64,000 nt of DNA, taken from contig JAUVLV010000001.1 of NCBI GenBank assembly GCA_030600545.1, positions 17,268 to 81,267 of the forward strand, in the 5' to 3' direction. Made by a program: the position numbers and the translations under genes. Positions 36,483 through 46,747 of the stretch are shown here, piece by piece; position 1 is the first letter of the stretch, and every line of letters begins with the position of its first letter. The stretch comes from Candidatus Aegiribacteria sp. GTDB taxonomy: Bacteria > Fermentibacterota > Fermentibacteria > Fermentibacterales > JCC-6. The notes below the pieces were generated by a model. That model did not search any database. It saw nothing but the letters and a program-made list of their open reading frames with translations, and was not told where the DNA came from.

Positions 36483-37520
36483 ATGCATATAGGCTTACTT
36501 ACTGGCGGGGGAGACGCCCCGGGATTGAATGCTGTAATACGAAGCATAACAATAAGAGGGAAGAAAAACGATCACAGAATAACCGGTTTCTTAAGAGGCT
36601 GGAAGGGTGTCATTGAGAACGATTCAATTGATCTTGATATTGACAGAGTAAGGGATATCCACATGGAAGGTGGAACAATACTGCTTTCCTCCAGGACTAA
36701 TCCCTTCAAGGTCGAGAAGGGTCTTGAAGGAATAAAAAAGACCTTCATTGACGCGAAGCTGGACTGCCTTGTAGCAATGGGCGGTGAGGATACTCTTGGA
36801 GTTGCCAGCAGACTGAATGCTGAAGGTCTTTCTGTGATAGGTGTACCCAAAACAATAGACAACGATCTGAATGCTACCGATTTTACCTTTGGTTTCGATA
36901 CCGCAGTAAACTACGTTATGAAGGCACTCGATATGCTTCATACAACCGCGAGAAGCCATGAAAGGATTATTGTGGTTGAAATAATGGGACGTCATGCGGG
37001 TTGGATGGCTCTGCATGGTGGTATAGCCGGCGGAGCGCACGTTATTCTCATTCCCGAGGTGGAATTCAACACCGATGAGGTCTGTGAGCTTCTTAAGAAG
37101 CGCTACAGCGAAGGAAACAGGTATGCAATTGTCGCAGTAGCAGAGGGGGCGATAGATCCCAAGCTTCAGAGACATGTAATGCACTCGGCGGAAAAGGATT
37201 CCTTTGGCCATGTTCAGCTTGGAACAGGTATCGGTATTGGTGAAGTACTTAAAAACGAAATCGCTGACAGGACCGATCTGGAAACAAGGCATGTCGTTCT
37301 TGGCCATGTTCAGAGAGGCGGCAGCCCCACCGCATTCGACCGTGTATTGGGAACGAGACTGGGAGTCAAGGCAGTTGAAATGGCAGAACAGGGGTTATTC
37401 GGCAAAATGGCGGCACTGCGGGGAACGGAAATAATAGCAGTGGATATTAAGGAAGCGATAGGAACTCTTAAAACCATACCTATCGAGCAGTACGAAGCTG
37501 CGAAACTCTTTTTCGGATAA
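36483..37520 (+). CDS. pfp: 6-phosphofructokinase, predicted pyrophosphate-dependent
   Basis: GLLTGGGDAPGLNAVIR, GGEDTLG (Asp at the E. coli G104 position) and PKTIDNDL (Lys at the G124 position). Confidence 0.85.
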   Translation: MHIGLLTGGGDAPGLNAVIRSITIRGKKNDHRITGFLRGWKGVIENDSIDLDIDRVRDIHMEGGTILLSSRTNPFKVEKGLEGIKKTFIDAKLDCLVAMGGEDTLGVASRLNAEGLSVIGVPKTIDNDLNATDFTFGFDTAVNYVMKALDMLHTTARSHERIIVVEIMGRHAGWMALHGGIAGGAHVILIPEVEFNTDEVCELLKKRYSEGNRYAIVAVAEGAIDPKLQRHVMHSAEKDSFGHVQLGTGIGIGEVLKNEIADRTDLETRHVVLGHVQRGGSPTAFDRVLGTRLGVKAVEMAEQGLFGKMAALRGTEIIAVDIKEAIGTLKTIPIEQYEAAKLFFG

Positions 37521-37532
37521 TGGAGGTATGAA

Positions 37533-38549
37533 ATGGCAGTAAAAGTTGCGATCAATGGATTTGGAAGAATCGGAAGGCTTGTCTACAGGCAGACACTCAA
37601 GGACAGTGATATCGATATTGTTGCTGTGAATGACCTGACAGATCCGGGAGTGCTTGCCCATCTTCTGAAATACGATTCTGTGCATGGTCAATTTCCCGGT
37701 GATGTAAAAGTTGATGGAGACGTTATCCATGCCGGAGGCGACAGCTTCATTGTACTTTCCCAGCCCGACCCTTCGAAGCTTCCCTGGAAGGAACTCGGCG
37801 TAGAAATAGTCATAGAGTCCACCGGCTTTTTTCGAACCAGGGAAAAGGCGATGATGCATATTGAGTCCGGTGCGAAGAAAGTGGTTCTCAGTGCCCCCGC
37901 AAAGGGGAAACCCGGGGCTGACCTTACAGTCGTCTACGGCGTGAATCACACTCTTTACAATCCTGAGAAGGATGAAGTGATATCGACTGCCAGCTGCACG
38001 ACCAACTGTCTGGCACCAGTAATAAAGGTACTGAATGATACTTTTGGTATTGTAAATGGCATAATGACCACTATCCATGCTTACACGAACGACCAGAAAA
38101 TACTTGATCTGCCTCACAGTGATCTGAGGCGGGCAAGGGCTGCAGCTGTGAACATCATTCCAACAACCACGGGCGCTGCGGCAGCGGTGGGCCTTGTGAT
38201 TCCTGAGATGAAAGGGAAACTCGACGGCATGGCGGTGAGGGTTCCCGTCAAGGATGGTTCACTTGTGGATCTTGTATGTGAACTGCGAAGCGATGCAACA
38301 GTCGAAGCGGTGAACAGCGCAATGCTGGAGGCTTCCAGAGGCAGCCTGAAAGGTGTGCTGCAGTATTCAACCGAACCCCTTGTATCCAGTGATGTAATAG
38401 GCAATTCGTACAGTTCTATTTTCGATTCCCTTGTTACAAAGACAATGGGTTCCAGAATGGTAAAAGTACTATCGTGGTACGACAACGAATTCGGTTATGC
38501 TTCAAGGATGGTAGATTTCACACGGTATATGATAAAGGTCGGATTGTGA
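37533..38549 (+). CDS. gap: type I glyceraldehyde-3-phosphate dehydrogenase
   Basis: INGFGRIGR, SCTTNCLAP and WYDNEFGY motifs. Confidence 0.95.
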   Translation: MAVKVAINGFGRIGRLVYRQTLKDSDIDIVAVNDLTDPGVLAHLLKYDSVHGQFPGDVKVDGDVIHAGGDSFIVLSQPDPSKLPWKELGVEIVIESTGFFRTREKAMMHIESGAKKVVLSAPAKGKPGADLTVVYGVNHTLYNPEKDEVISTASCTTNCLAPVIKVLNDTFGIVNGIMTTIHAYTNDQKILDLPHSDLRRARAAAVNIIPTTTGAAAAVGLVIPEMKGKLDGMAVRVPVKDGSLVDLVCELRSDATVEAVNSAMLEASRGSLKGVLQYSTEPLVSSDVIGNSYSSIFDSLVTKTMGSRMVKVLSWYDNEFGYASRMVDFTRYMIKVGL

Positions 38550-39745
38550 AATACCCCGCGTTGGAAGATGCCGAGTTCAAAGGAAGGAAGGTTCTTCTCA
38601 GAGCTGACCTGAATGTTCCCATGCAGGATGGCAAAATAGCTGATGACAGCAGAATAAAAGCTGTTCTTCCAACGATTGAGTACATTCTTGATCATGGGGC
38701 GTCACTAATGATCGCAAGTCATATGGGCAGACCCGGTGGAATAGAAAATCTTAAATTGTCACTTGCGCCTGTAGCGGAAAGACTGGGTGAACTCCTTGGG
38801 AAGAAAGTGATATTCGCTCCCGATTGTATTGGAGCCAGGGTGAATACACTCGCCTCGTCACTGAATCCTGGTGATATTCTCCTGCTTGAGAATCTCCGTT
38901 TTCATCCGGAAGAGAAGAAGGGTGATCTGGATTTTGCGCGTAAGCTGGGCCTCAACGCAGATATTTACGTTAACGACGCATTCGGCACCAGCCATAGATC
39001 CCACGCATCCATGGTTGGAGTGCCTGAGGTTCTTGGAAGAGGCTACGCCGGATTCCTCATTCAGAAGGAACTTAAGGTTTTCGAAAAAATGCTTTCTTTT
39101 CCAGCCAGACCTTTTGCTCTTCTGCTTGGCGGCGCTAAAGTTTCCGATAAAATTCCTGTGATAGAGAATCTTCTGCCCCGGCTGAACCATCTGATGATAG
39201 GTGGTGCAATGGCCTTTACCTTCATGAAGGAAATGGGGTTGAATGTAGGGACAAGCCTTCTTGAGCTTGACAGGCTTGGAGCGGCCCGGAAGATACTTGA
39301 TGATGCTGAGAAATACGATGTAGATATACATCTTCCAGTTGACATAGTAATTGCGCCCTCCACCGGCAGTCCTGAATTGGCTGAAGTCGTAGCAGCGGAC
39401 GCAATACCCGATAGAATGGCCGGTTTGGACATTGGCCCTGGCACGGTTGCGGAGTTCACGGAGATCATCAGAAGAAGCTGCACGGTTGTCTGGAACGGAC
39501 CCATGGGGGTTTTTGAAATTCCTCCATTTGATAAAGGCACCAGAGGAATTGCCCTGGCTCTCGCTGAAGCAACGGGTGACGGTACCGTTACGGTTGTGGG
39601 GGGTGGCGATTCTGTAAGGGCAGTCGTAGAGGCAGGTCTTTTGAGCAGGATCTCCTTTGTTTCCACTGGAGGCGGCGCGTCTTTGAAACTTCTGCAGGGT
39701 AAGAAACTACCTGCCCTTGATGCGCTTAGAGGTGGTAGAAAATGA
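38546..39745 (+). CDS. pgk: phosphoglycerate kinase
   Basis: KGRKVLLRADLNVP, ASHMGRPG, FGTSHR and STGGGASL motifs. GTG 38546 overlaps the gap stop (GTGA). Confidence 0.92.
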   Translation: MKYPALEDAEFKGRKVLLRADLNVPMQDGKIADDSRIKAVLPTIEYILDHGASLMIASHMGRPGGIENLKLSLAPVAERLGELLGKKVIFAPDCIGARVNTLASSLNPGDILLLENLRFHPEEKKGDLDFARKLGLNADIYVNDAFGTSHRSHASMVGVPEVLGRGYAGFLIQKELKVFEKMLSFPARPFALLLGGAKVSDKIPVIENLLPRLNHLMIGGAMAFTFMKEMGLNVGTSLLELDRLGAARKILDDAEKYDVDIHLPVDIVIAPSTGSPELAEVVAADAIPDRMAGLDIGPGTVAEFTEIIRRSCTVVWNGPMGVFEIPPFDKGTRGIALALAEATGDGTVTVVGGGDSVRAVVEAGLLSRISFVSTGGGASLKLLQGKKLPALDALRGGRK

Positions 39746-40503
39746 AACAGATAATCGGTGGAAACTGGAAAATGAATGGCTCAAGACTGGCCAGCCTGGA
39801 GTTCCTGAGGGAAATGAAAAGATTGGGATCCGAATACGCATCTTCGGATATTGTTCTTTTTCCGCCCTTTACTCTTCTTCCCCTGATGACTGATGCCGCA
39901 GCTGATGCCGGCATTGAGACGGGCGGACAGGACGTTTTCTGGCTTGAGAAGGGCGCTTTCACAGGCGAGATCAGTCCCGCGATGCTTGTAGACGCGGGTG
40001 CTTCCTGGTTCATCGCCGGTCACAGCGAACGTAGACATGTAATAGGCGAGACAGATGAAATCGTCAGGAGGAAGCTCGAAACCGGCCTGGAGACAGGGCT
40101 TCGTGGTATACTCTGCGTCGGAGAGCTGATAGAGGAGAGAGAGGCGGGGAAGACTGAAGAAGTCGTAAGGAGACAGGTTCAATCTGCCCTGGAAGGCCTT
40201 GACTGCGTTTCCCCTGAGAATTTTGTGATCGCGTACGAGCCGGTATGGGCAATAGGAACCGGCCTTACCGCCACACCTGATGAAGCCGACAGGATGCACT
40301 CACTGATAAGGGAGTGGGTTGCCGCTATAAAGAGCAATGATTTCGCTGATAACACGAGAATACAGTACGGCGGAAGCGTAAAACCTGACAACGCTGCTGA
40401 AATACTTTCCCGTCCGTCGATAAACGGAGCCCTTGTGGGCGGAGCAAGTCTGAAGCCTGAGAGCTTCATGGATATTATAAAAGCGGTTCCTCTGCAGGAA
40501 TGA
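39742..40503 (+). CDS. tpiA: triose-phosphate isomerase
   Basis: IGGNWKMNG, IAGHSERR, AYEPVWAIGTG and YGGSVKP motifs. ATGA overlap with pgk. Confidence 0.95.
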   Translation: MKQIIGGNWKMNGSRLASLEFLREMKRLGSEYASSDIVLFPPFTLLPLMTDAAADAGIETGGQDVFWLEKGAFTGEISPAMLVDAGASWFIAGHSERRHVIGETDEIVRRKLETGLETGLRGILCVGELIEEREAGKTEEVVRRQVQSALEGLDCVSPENFVIAYEPVWAIGTGLTATPDEADRMHSLIREWVAAIKSNDFADNTRIQYGGSVKPDNAAEILSRPSINGALVGGASLKPESFMDIIKAVPLQE

Positions 40504-40520
40504 CGAGCTGAAGAACAGCT

Positions 40521-41666
40521 ATGAATATCGGGTTTGATGCCACCAACATTCTGGGGCATGGCGGAATCAAGACCTATGCCAGAGAACTCGTACGAGGACT
40601 GGCTGAACAGTACCCCGATGACAATTTTGTACTTCTGACTACCTTCAACAGTTCGAAGAAGAGAAAACTTGAAGAACTATTCAGCAGCCTTCCCAATATT
40701 GCCGTACACAAAGCCGTTCCTCACAGGAATATGCTGGGGAACTCATTTTTCCGTATCACGAAATTTCTCAGTGGCATTCTATGGCTGCTTTCGTCTCGAA
40801 GTCTTGATGTCGTACATCTGACTGATCCGTTTGGAGCTGTGGTTCTGCCCCGGAAATTAGTTGCTACTGTACACGATATATTCCCGCTTACTCTGGATGA
40901 ATTCAAGGATTCCGAGCTGAGGCGTTTCTATCGGAAGCGAACACCTGACATACTCGAGAAAGCCAGAGCGGTAATCACCCCTTCAGTTTATGTAAAGAAG
41001 AGCCTTCAGGAATACTACCCGGAATCCTGCTGTCCCGTTAAACCGATACCGGAGGCGGCCTCGGACGAATTCCATCCCGGTAGCAGGAGCATGGCTGTAC
41101 TCAACGGATACAGTCTTGCTGACAGGCCCTATTTCCTGTTCGTTGGAAGGATTGATCTCAGAAAGAATATACCCGGGCTTATGAAAGCCTACCTGGAATT
41201 GCCCGATGAAGTTAAGACAAAGACCGATCTCGCGCTTGTTCTGTCCGGGTATCCCCATGATATCAGCAGTTTCAGAAGCGAATACGGCCATCTTCTGGAA
41301 GGGAAGGGAATAGTATACCTCAGGGACGTGCCATCGGAAGACTTACAACACCTTTATTCCTCTGCGCTCGCATTCGTTTTTCCCACGCTGGACGAGGGTT
41401 TCGGATTGCCAGTTCTTGAAGCCATGCAGAGCGGATGTCCCGTAATATCTTCGAACCTTTCCTGCATACCGGAAATCGCAGGTGACGCCGCTGTTCTTGT
41501 GAATCCCCGGAATACATCAGAACTCAGTAAGTCGATGAGACGCATGGCTGAATCCCCCGGGAACAGAAGTGAATTCATAAGAAGGGGACTGCAGCGCGCG
41601 GAGAACTATTCATGGAAAAGGGCCGCAAGGGAAACCATGGAAGTATACAGGTCGGTAGTACAATGA
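40521..41666 (+). CDS. glycosyltransferase family 4 (GT-B)
   Basis: EGFGLPVLEAMQSGCPVI (E-X7-E region) and an N-terminal GT4 pattern. Confidence 0.8.
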   Translation: MNIGFDATNILGHGGIKTYARELVRGLAEQYPDDNFVLLTTFNSSKKRKLEELFSSLPNIAVHKAVPHRNMLGNSFFRITKFLSGILWLLSSRSLDVVHLTDPFGAVVLPRKLVATVHDIFPLTLDEFKDSELRRFYRKRTPDILEKARAVITPSVYVKKSLQEYYPESCCPVKPIPEAASDEFHPGSRSMAVLNGYSLADRPYFLFVGRIDLRKNIPGLMKAYLELPDEVKTKTDLALVLSGYPHDISSFRSEYGHLLEGKGIVYLRDVPSEDLQHLYSSALAFVFPTLDEGFGLPVLEAMQSGCPVISSNLSCIPEIAGDAAVLVNPRNTSELSKSMRRMAESPGNRSEFIRRGLQRAENYSWKRAARETMEVYRSVVQ

Positions 41667-42457
41667 ACATGAACGGTGAGGCTACCTTTTTGGAAAAGCA
41701 TTGTTCCCCGGTAGCCAGACCCTTCTTCAGGCTGGGCATAGCCCTGGCGGGTTTTATCCTCTGGGTAGCACTTCAGAGATTTCTCTCGGGAGTTCTCGGT
41801 TTTATAGAAAACTGCATTCTGAATTTGTCGGTAGCTGGCTTTATCGCGCTGATTGTACTGTTCCCCCTATGGAAACTCGTTCCTGAGATTGCCCGAAGAT
41901 CTGGAAGAAGGAATGGCTGGACAGCGATAGCGGCCTCAGCAGTACTCTTCATTCCCTTCATCTTCATTGCTTTTTCATCGGGTCTTGAATATGCGGGTGC
42001 TGGCGCGGAATGGCTGCTGTTCGCAGCAGCGCTCTTTCTTCTGGCGGCAACGGAAGAAATAGTCTGCAGGGGTTTCTTGATGGATGCGCTCAGTTTTAGA
42101 AAAATCAGGCTCACAGGCCTGCTGCTTTCATCGCTGTTATTTGCGATGCTCCACCTGGGCAACTACAACGCCTCATTTACCGGCATAGCGAACATATTTC
42201 TGGCCGGAGCTCTGTTCGGATTTATGAGGCTTGTGACTGACGGCCTGTTTTACCCGATACTGTTTCACTGGTTCTGGAACCTTGTAACCGGGATGATTTT
42301 CGGATGGAATGTTAGTGGTCATGATCTTCTGCCCACGATTTTCAGGCCTCTGACCCATCCGCCCTGGGGTGGTTTCGGTCCGGAGGAATCCATCCTGATG
42401 ACGATAGGAACTCTCGGCGCAATAGCGGTTTTGATGAAAAAGTATTATTCATACTGA
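41663..42457 (+). CDS. CPBP family intramembrane glutamic endopeptidase (CAAX protease-like)
   Basis: EEIVCRGF, FAMLH and HWFWN motifs in a polytopic membrane protein. ATGA overlap with the GT4 gene. Confidence 0.8.
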   Translation: MNMNGEATFLEKHCSPVARPFFRLGIALAGFILWVALQRFLSGVLGFIENCILNLSVAGFIALIVLFPLWKLVPEIARRSGRRNGWTAIAASAVLFIPFIFIAFSSGLEYAGAGAEWLLFAAALFLLAATEEIVCRGFLMDALSFRKIRLTGLLLSSLLFAMLHLGNYNASFTGIANIFLAGALFGFMRLVTDGLFYPILFHWFWNLVTGMIFGWNVSGHDLLPTIFRPLTHPPWGGFGPEESILMTIGTLGAIAVLMKKYYSY

Positions 42458-42514
42458 GTAAATTTGTTGTTCAGACCGAAACAGGTAATTTTATCAGGAG
42501 TATTCTGGAGTAAG

Positions 42515-43756
42515 ATGAAGTACATTCTTGATCATTGGGCGCTTATCCTTCTGTCAGCGCTTTCGATACTTCTTGTAATGCTGATACTGGATACATCCTG
42601 GCCCGTTGCATACGTGTATGTTGTATCAACTCCTTCGGGAGCTGAAGTATTCGATGGAGATGGGTTTGTATGGACAACACCTGCCCGGATCCCCGTTCAG
42701 CATGACGGGTTGATTGTTACGGTATCCCATTCAGATAGAGTTCCAGTAGATACTCTGCTTCTGCCCGAAATGTCGAAAGAACCTGTTCTTGTATCACTTC
42801 CTTACAGATTTCAGGTAACGATTTCCAGTGAGCCTTCCGGTGCGTCCGTCGTCCTGGATGGATCCTTTTCAGGTCATACTCCACTGCATGTCAACATTGA
42901 TGAGCCGGGTATTCACCATCTGAATCTGACCCTGGAGAACCTGATCGTTGTTGAGGGCAGTTTTACGCTGCTTGCTAACGATCCCGACAGTTTTCACTAT
43001 GTACTTCCACGGCTTCATCCAGGCGAAATGGTTCTTATTCCTCCCGAGGCCTGTATTTCTGTTGATATTCAACAGCCGTATCTTATGGCAAGGTATGAAG
43101 TAACGAACAGTGAATTTTGTGAATACCTCAGAATACTGGAACCGGTTCCCACCGTAGATACGACCAACAGGTGGGGGCGTACCGATACCATTGAGGATTT
43201 GTTTCCCGGAGATTACCCGCTTCCCTTTTTCATTGGTAACGCAGGAGAATGGGCAATTCAGTATGGTTTTGAGAATTATCCTGTCGCGGGTCTGACCTTC
43301 AGGGCAGCGGAGGAATACTGTGTATGGCTTACTTCACAGGATAGTGCGGGGATATCTTACAGACTGCCAACTGAGGAAGAATGGTACGCAGCTGCCATGG
43401 CAGGCAGCGGTGGACCATGGCCATGGGGTTCCAGGCGACCCGACGGCAACCTTCTGAACCTGTCCGACAGAAACGAAGTTCTGCTCCGAAGACATCCTTC
43501 GCTGGATGACGGATACTCACATTCAGCTCCCGTTGGAAGTTTTCTCTACAATAACTGGGGACTCTACGACATGGCCGGTAATGTCTGGGAGTACTGCAAA
43601 CCCTTCCATCCTGATTCAGCTGTTGTAGCCAGGGGAGGAAGCTGGCTGTCATCAATGGACGACTGCAGGTGCGAGGCCAGAATGTATCCTGATACCGTAC
43701 TGGGTTTTCCGTACATAGGGTTCAGAATTGCCGCTTCGATAGGATTACAGGAATAA
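42515..43756 (+). CDS. membrane-anchored PEGA-domain + formylglycine-generating-enzyme (SUMF1/FGE-sulfatase) domain protein
   Basis: N-terminal TM helix, two PEGA-like units (VSTPSGAEVF, SSEPSGASVVLDG), C-terminal GLYDMAGNVWEY and RGGSW motifs. Confidence 0.75.
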   Translation: MKYILDHWALILLSALSILLVMLILDTSWPVAYVYVVSTPSGAEVFDGDGFVWTTPARIPVQHDGLIVTVSHSDRVPVDTLLLPEMSKEPVLVSLPYRFQVTISSEPSGASVVLDGSFSGHTPLHVNIDEPGIHHLNLTLENLIVVEGSFTLLANDPDSFHYVLPRLHPGEMVLIPPEACISVDIQQPYLMARYEVTNSEFCEYLRILEPVPTVDTTNRWGRTDTIEDLFPGDYPLPFFIGNAGEWAIQYGFENYPVAGLTFRAAEEYCVWLTSQDSAGISYRLPTEEEWYAAAMAGSGGPWPWGSRRPDGNLLNLSDRNEVLLRRHPSLDDGYSHSAPVGSFLYNNWGLYDMAGNVWEYCKPFHPDSAVVARGGSWLSSMDDCRCEARMYPDTVLGFPYIGFRIAASIGLQE

Positions 43757-43852
43757 CGGGAGCACCACATGGTACTTTTCATAAATCATTTACTGTATTA
43801 TTGATATAGAGAAATTCGCAGAATTTATTTACAATTTCAGTAAGGTGCAACG

Positions 43853-45595
43853 ATGAAAACTGAAACTTCCGGTGAAGTTCTTCATGAAGTACCCGGGCTA
43901 ACAAGTATACCAGAAGCATTAATTGCAGTCGCTGAAAGGCTGCCTGATAAAATAGCGTTCAGTGAGCCTGACGGTAACGGCAATTACCATTCAATTACTT
44001 ATCGTGATCTCAGAAGGAAGGTTGATGCTCTTGCCCGGGCAATTCTCGACAGGTGCGAAAAGCCTGTTGTCGGTATAACAGGCAGCAACAGTGTTGCCTG
44101 GGCTGTTACCTACCTTGCGACACTGAGAGCCGGTGGAATAGTTATTCCGATTGACAGGGAGTTGCCCGTGCCGGAAATGCTTACCATTCTGCATTATTCA
44201 GGTGCCAATATGATGTTTTTCGATGAGAGATACACGGAAGATTTTGTGGATAAACTCCCGGGCAGAGATATCAAAATGGTGGTGATGAATACGCCTCATT
44301 ACGGGGGAATCCCAACTCACGATGACCTTATCCGAGAAGGTTCGGGAAGCGCTGCGATACTCCCCGATACATGGAATTGCAATGTTCCGGCCTCCATCTG
44401 TTACACATCGGGCACAACAGGGCAGGCGAAGGGTGTAATGCTGTCACAGAACAACCTTCTTTCGAATATCAAACAGATGGGGCATGTAATCGACATAAAG
44501 GATGATGATGTATTCCTGTCGATCCTTCCCGTGCATCATACATTCGAATGCACCTGCGGTTTTCTTTTTCCGGTGACCTGTGGAGTCTCCATATACATTT
44601 GCAGAGGGATAAGATATGTAGCTGAGGATATGGTTAATTCAAAGGCTACCATTCTCCTTGCCGTTCCACTGCTCTGGGAAGCCATGTACAGAAAGATTTA
44701 TGGTGCTATCCATTCCATGAAGGGTGGAGCTTTCAAGTATCGTCTCGGCCTGACCATTTCTTCTATAGGGGAGATTTTCGGCAGCAGGAGCATAAGGAAG
44801 AAAGTGTTCTCACAGGTACACGATAAACTGGGTGGGAACATGCGGTTTTGTATTTCAGGTGGCGCCGGAATCGCTCCCGAAGTTGTTGACGGTTTCATGA
44901 AACTTGGATTCACTTTTATCCAGGGGTACGGATTGACCGAGACTTCACCTATACTCTCCGTTAATACATTGAAAGCCAACCGGGTAGGGTCCGTAGGCCC
45001 GGTCCTGTCCGGCATCACTATCAGAATAGATAATTCCGATAGTGAGGGAAATGGTGAAATCATTGCACGTGGTCCCAATATAATGATGGGCTATTACAAC
45101 GATCCCAAGGCAACCGCTGAAGTTCTATCGGCGGATGGCTGGTTCAGCACGGGGGATTATGGCCACATTGACGATGATGGTTTCCTTTTCATTACCGGCC
45201 GAAAGAAGAACGTGATAGTAGCCAAGAACGGCAAGAATGTATATCCAGAAGAAATAGAGCTGAAGATAGGACAGGATTCGTATATACTTGAATGCATGGT
45301 TGCAGGTAAGAAGGTCGAGACCAAGGGTGAGGAGATATGGCTCATAGTTGTTCCCGACATGGAAAAATTCATCGAACACGCTGAAAAACACGGATTAAGT
45401 CTGACAACGGAGTACCTTGCGGATTACATGAGAAAACTCGTCAGAAGTTTTAACGGATCTCAGCCGATCTACAAACGAATTTCCCGGTTCATCATAAGAG
45501 AAGACGAATTTCCCAAGACCACTGCGCGAAAAGTCCGAAGAAAGGAAGTTCTAAGAGAAGCGGGGCTGGAGGAAGAGGTATCCTACCAGGTGTAA
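43853..45595 (+). CDS. long-chain acyl-CoA synthetase (AMP-forming)
   Basis: ICYTSGTTGQAKGVMLSQNN, GYGLTETS, FSTGDYG and GRKKNVIV motifs. Confidence 0.85.
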   Translation: MKTETSGEVLHEVPGLTSIPEALIAVAERLPDKIAFSEPDGNGNYHSITYRDLRRKVDALARAILDRCEKPVVGITGSNSVAWAVTYLATLRAGGIVIPIDRELPVPEMLTILHYSGANMMFFDERYTEDFVDKLPGRDIKMVVMNTPHYGGIPTHDDLIREGSGSAAILPDTWNCNVPASICYTSGTTGQAKGVMLSQNNLLSNIKQMGHVIDIKDDDVFLSILPVHHTFECTCGFLFPVTCGVSIYICRGIRYVAEDMVNSKATILLAVPLLWEAMYRKIYGAIHSMKGGAFKYRLGLTISSIGEIFGSRSIRKKVFSQVHDKLGGNMRFCISGGAGIAPEVVDGFMKLGFTFIQGYGLTETSPILSVNTLKANRVGSVGPVLSGITIRIDNSDSEGNGEIIARGPNIMMGYYNDPKATAEVLSADGWFSTGDYGHIDDDGFLFITGRKKNVIVAKNGKNVYPEEIELKIGQDSYILECMVAGKKVETKGEEIWLIVVPDMEKFIEHAEKHGLSLTTEYLADYMRKLVRSFNGSQPIYKRISRFIIREDEFPKTTARKVRRKEVLREAGLEEEVSYQV

Positions 45596-45682
45596 TCACT
45601 TATCCGGGTTTTGTATTTCTCAGCCCGGAATATTATATACCAAATTACCAGGGAATACTTTGTTTCAGCGGAAAGGCATGAA

Positions 45683-46747
45683 ATGACAGAAGAGGTAAGA
45701 AGGTGTACGCGTTGCATCCTTCCGGAGAACTATCCTGACATTGATTTTGACGATGACGGCGTCTGCAGGGTCTGCAGGGAATTTGACGAGAAGTATTCGA
45801 ATATAGACTGGGACGCGAAGGAGAAAAAACTGTCAGCCATGCTGGACAGGTACAGAGGGAAAGGCAAAGGAAAGTACGATTGCATGGTTCCATTCAGTGG
45901 CGGAAAGGATTCCACCTACGCGCTCTGGCTACTGAAAAACAAGTATGGAATGAATCCTCTCGCATTCAATCTTGACAACGGATTCGCGCAGGACGGAGCC
46001 CTGCTGTTCGTTAGGAAGGCTGCGGACAGGTTGAACGTTGATCTCTATACGTACAGTCCTTCAAAGGACTTCCTTTACGAGGTTTACGGTCACGCACTGA
46101 GGGAGACCGGAGAGTTCTGTACCGCCTGTGTTGTGCTTATCCCCACTGCGATATTCAGGGCTGCCGATATACATGGCATAAGACTGATCGCTGGAGGCTT
46201 CAGTGACATGACCGAAGCTCCTCCACCGGAGTTCGCGTACATTGACAGAGTATGCTTCTGGAATATTATGAAAAGCCGCTTTTCAAAGAAGCAACTGGCC
46301 TGGGATTTCTTTTTCCCGAGCTGGAAGCGGATGTTCGGGGTCAAGTATTTCAATTTACCCGACTACATCGAATGGGATCTGCCGATGATATACGATACGC
46401 TGAACCGGGAACTGGATTTTAAAAAAGATCTGTCGGATATCCGCTACGACTGTCTTGGCACACCCCATTCGAGTTATCTTTTCAAACAGAGAAATGGTGT
46501 TGGAAAGTACGAATTCCTTTACGCCAATATGGTAAGGGCAGGTCTTGTTAGCCGGGAGGAAGCTCTGAAGATAGTTGCAGAAAGAGAACCGGATGGACCT
46601 CCGGAGGGTTTCGACGAATTCATCGGCAAGCTGCACTGCGACAGGAGTACTCTGAAAAATAGCAAAAACAGGAGTATTTTTGATTTCAAAACCCGCAACA
46701 AACACGTAAGAAAACTTGCGATAAAGATACGGGAAATGCTCCCATAA
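45683..46747 (+). CDS. N-acetyl sugar amidotransferase-like PP-loop ATPase with N-terminal zinc ribbon
   Basis: CTRC...CRVC ribbon followed by the VPFSGGKDSTYALWLL PP-loop. Confidence 0.7.
   Translation: MTEEVRRCTRCILPENYPDIDFDDDGVCRVCREFDEKYSNIDWDAKEKKLSAMLDRYRGKGKGKYDCMVPFSGGKDSTYALWLLKNKYGMNPLAFNLDNGFAQDGALLFVRKAADRLNVDLYTYSPSKDFLYEVYGHALRETGEFCTACVVLIPTAIFRAADIHGIRLIAGGFSDMTEAPPPEFAYIDRVCFWNIMKSRFSKKQLAWDFFFPSWKRMFGVKYFNLPDYIEWDLPMIYDTLNRELDFKKDLSDIRYDCLGTPHSSYLFKQRNGVGKYEFLYANMVRAGLVSREEALKIVAEREPDGPPEGFDEFIGKLHCDRSTLKNSKNRSIFDFKTRNKHVRKLAIKIREMLP

Noticed and set aside
42515-43756. FGE-sulfatase/C-type-lectin-fold C-terminus as a possible diversity-generating retroelement target.
   Set aside because: I found no reverse transcriptase gene and no template-repeat copy of the 3' end anywhere in the window.
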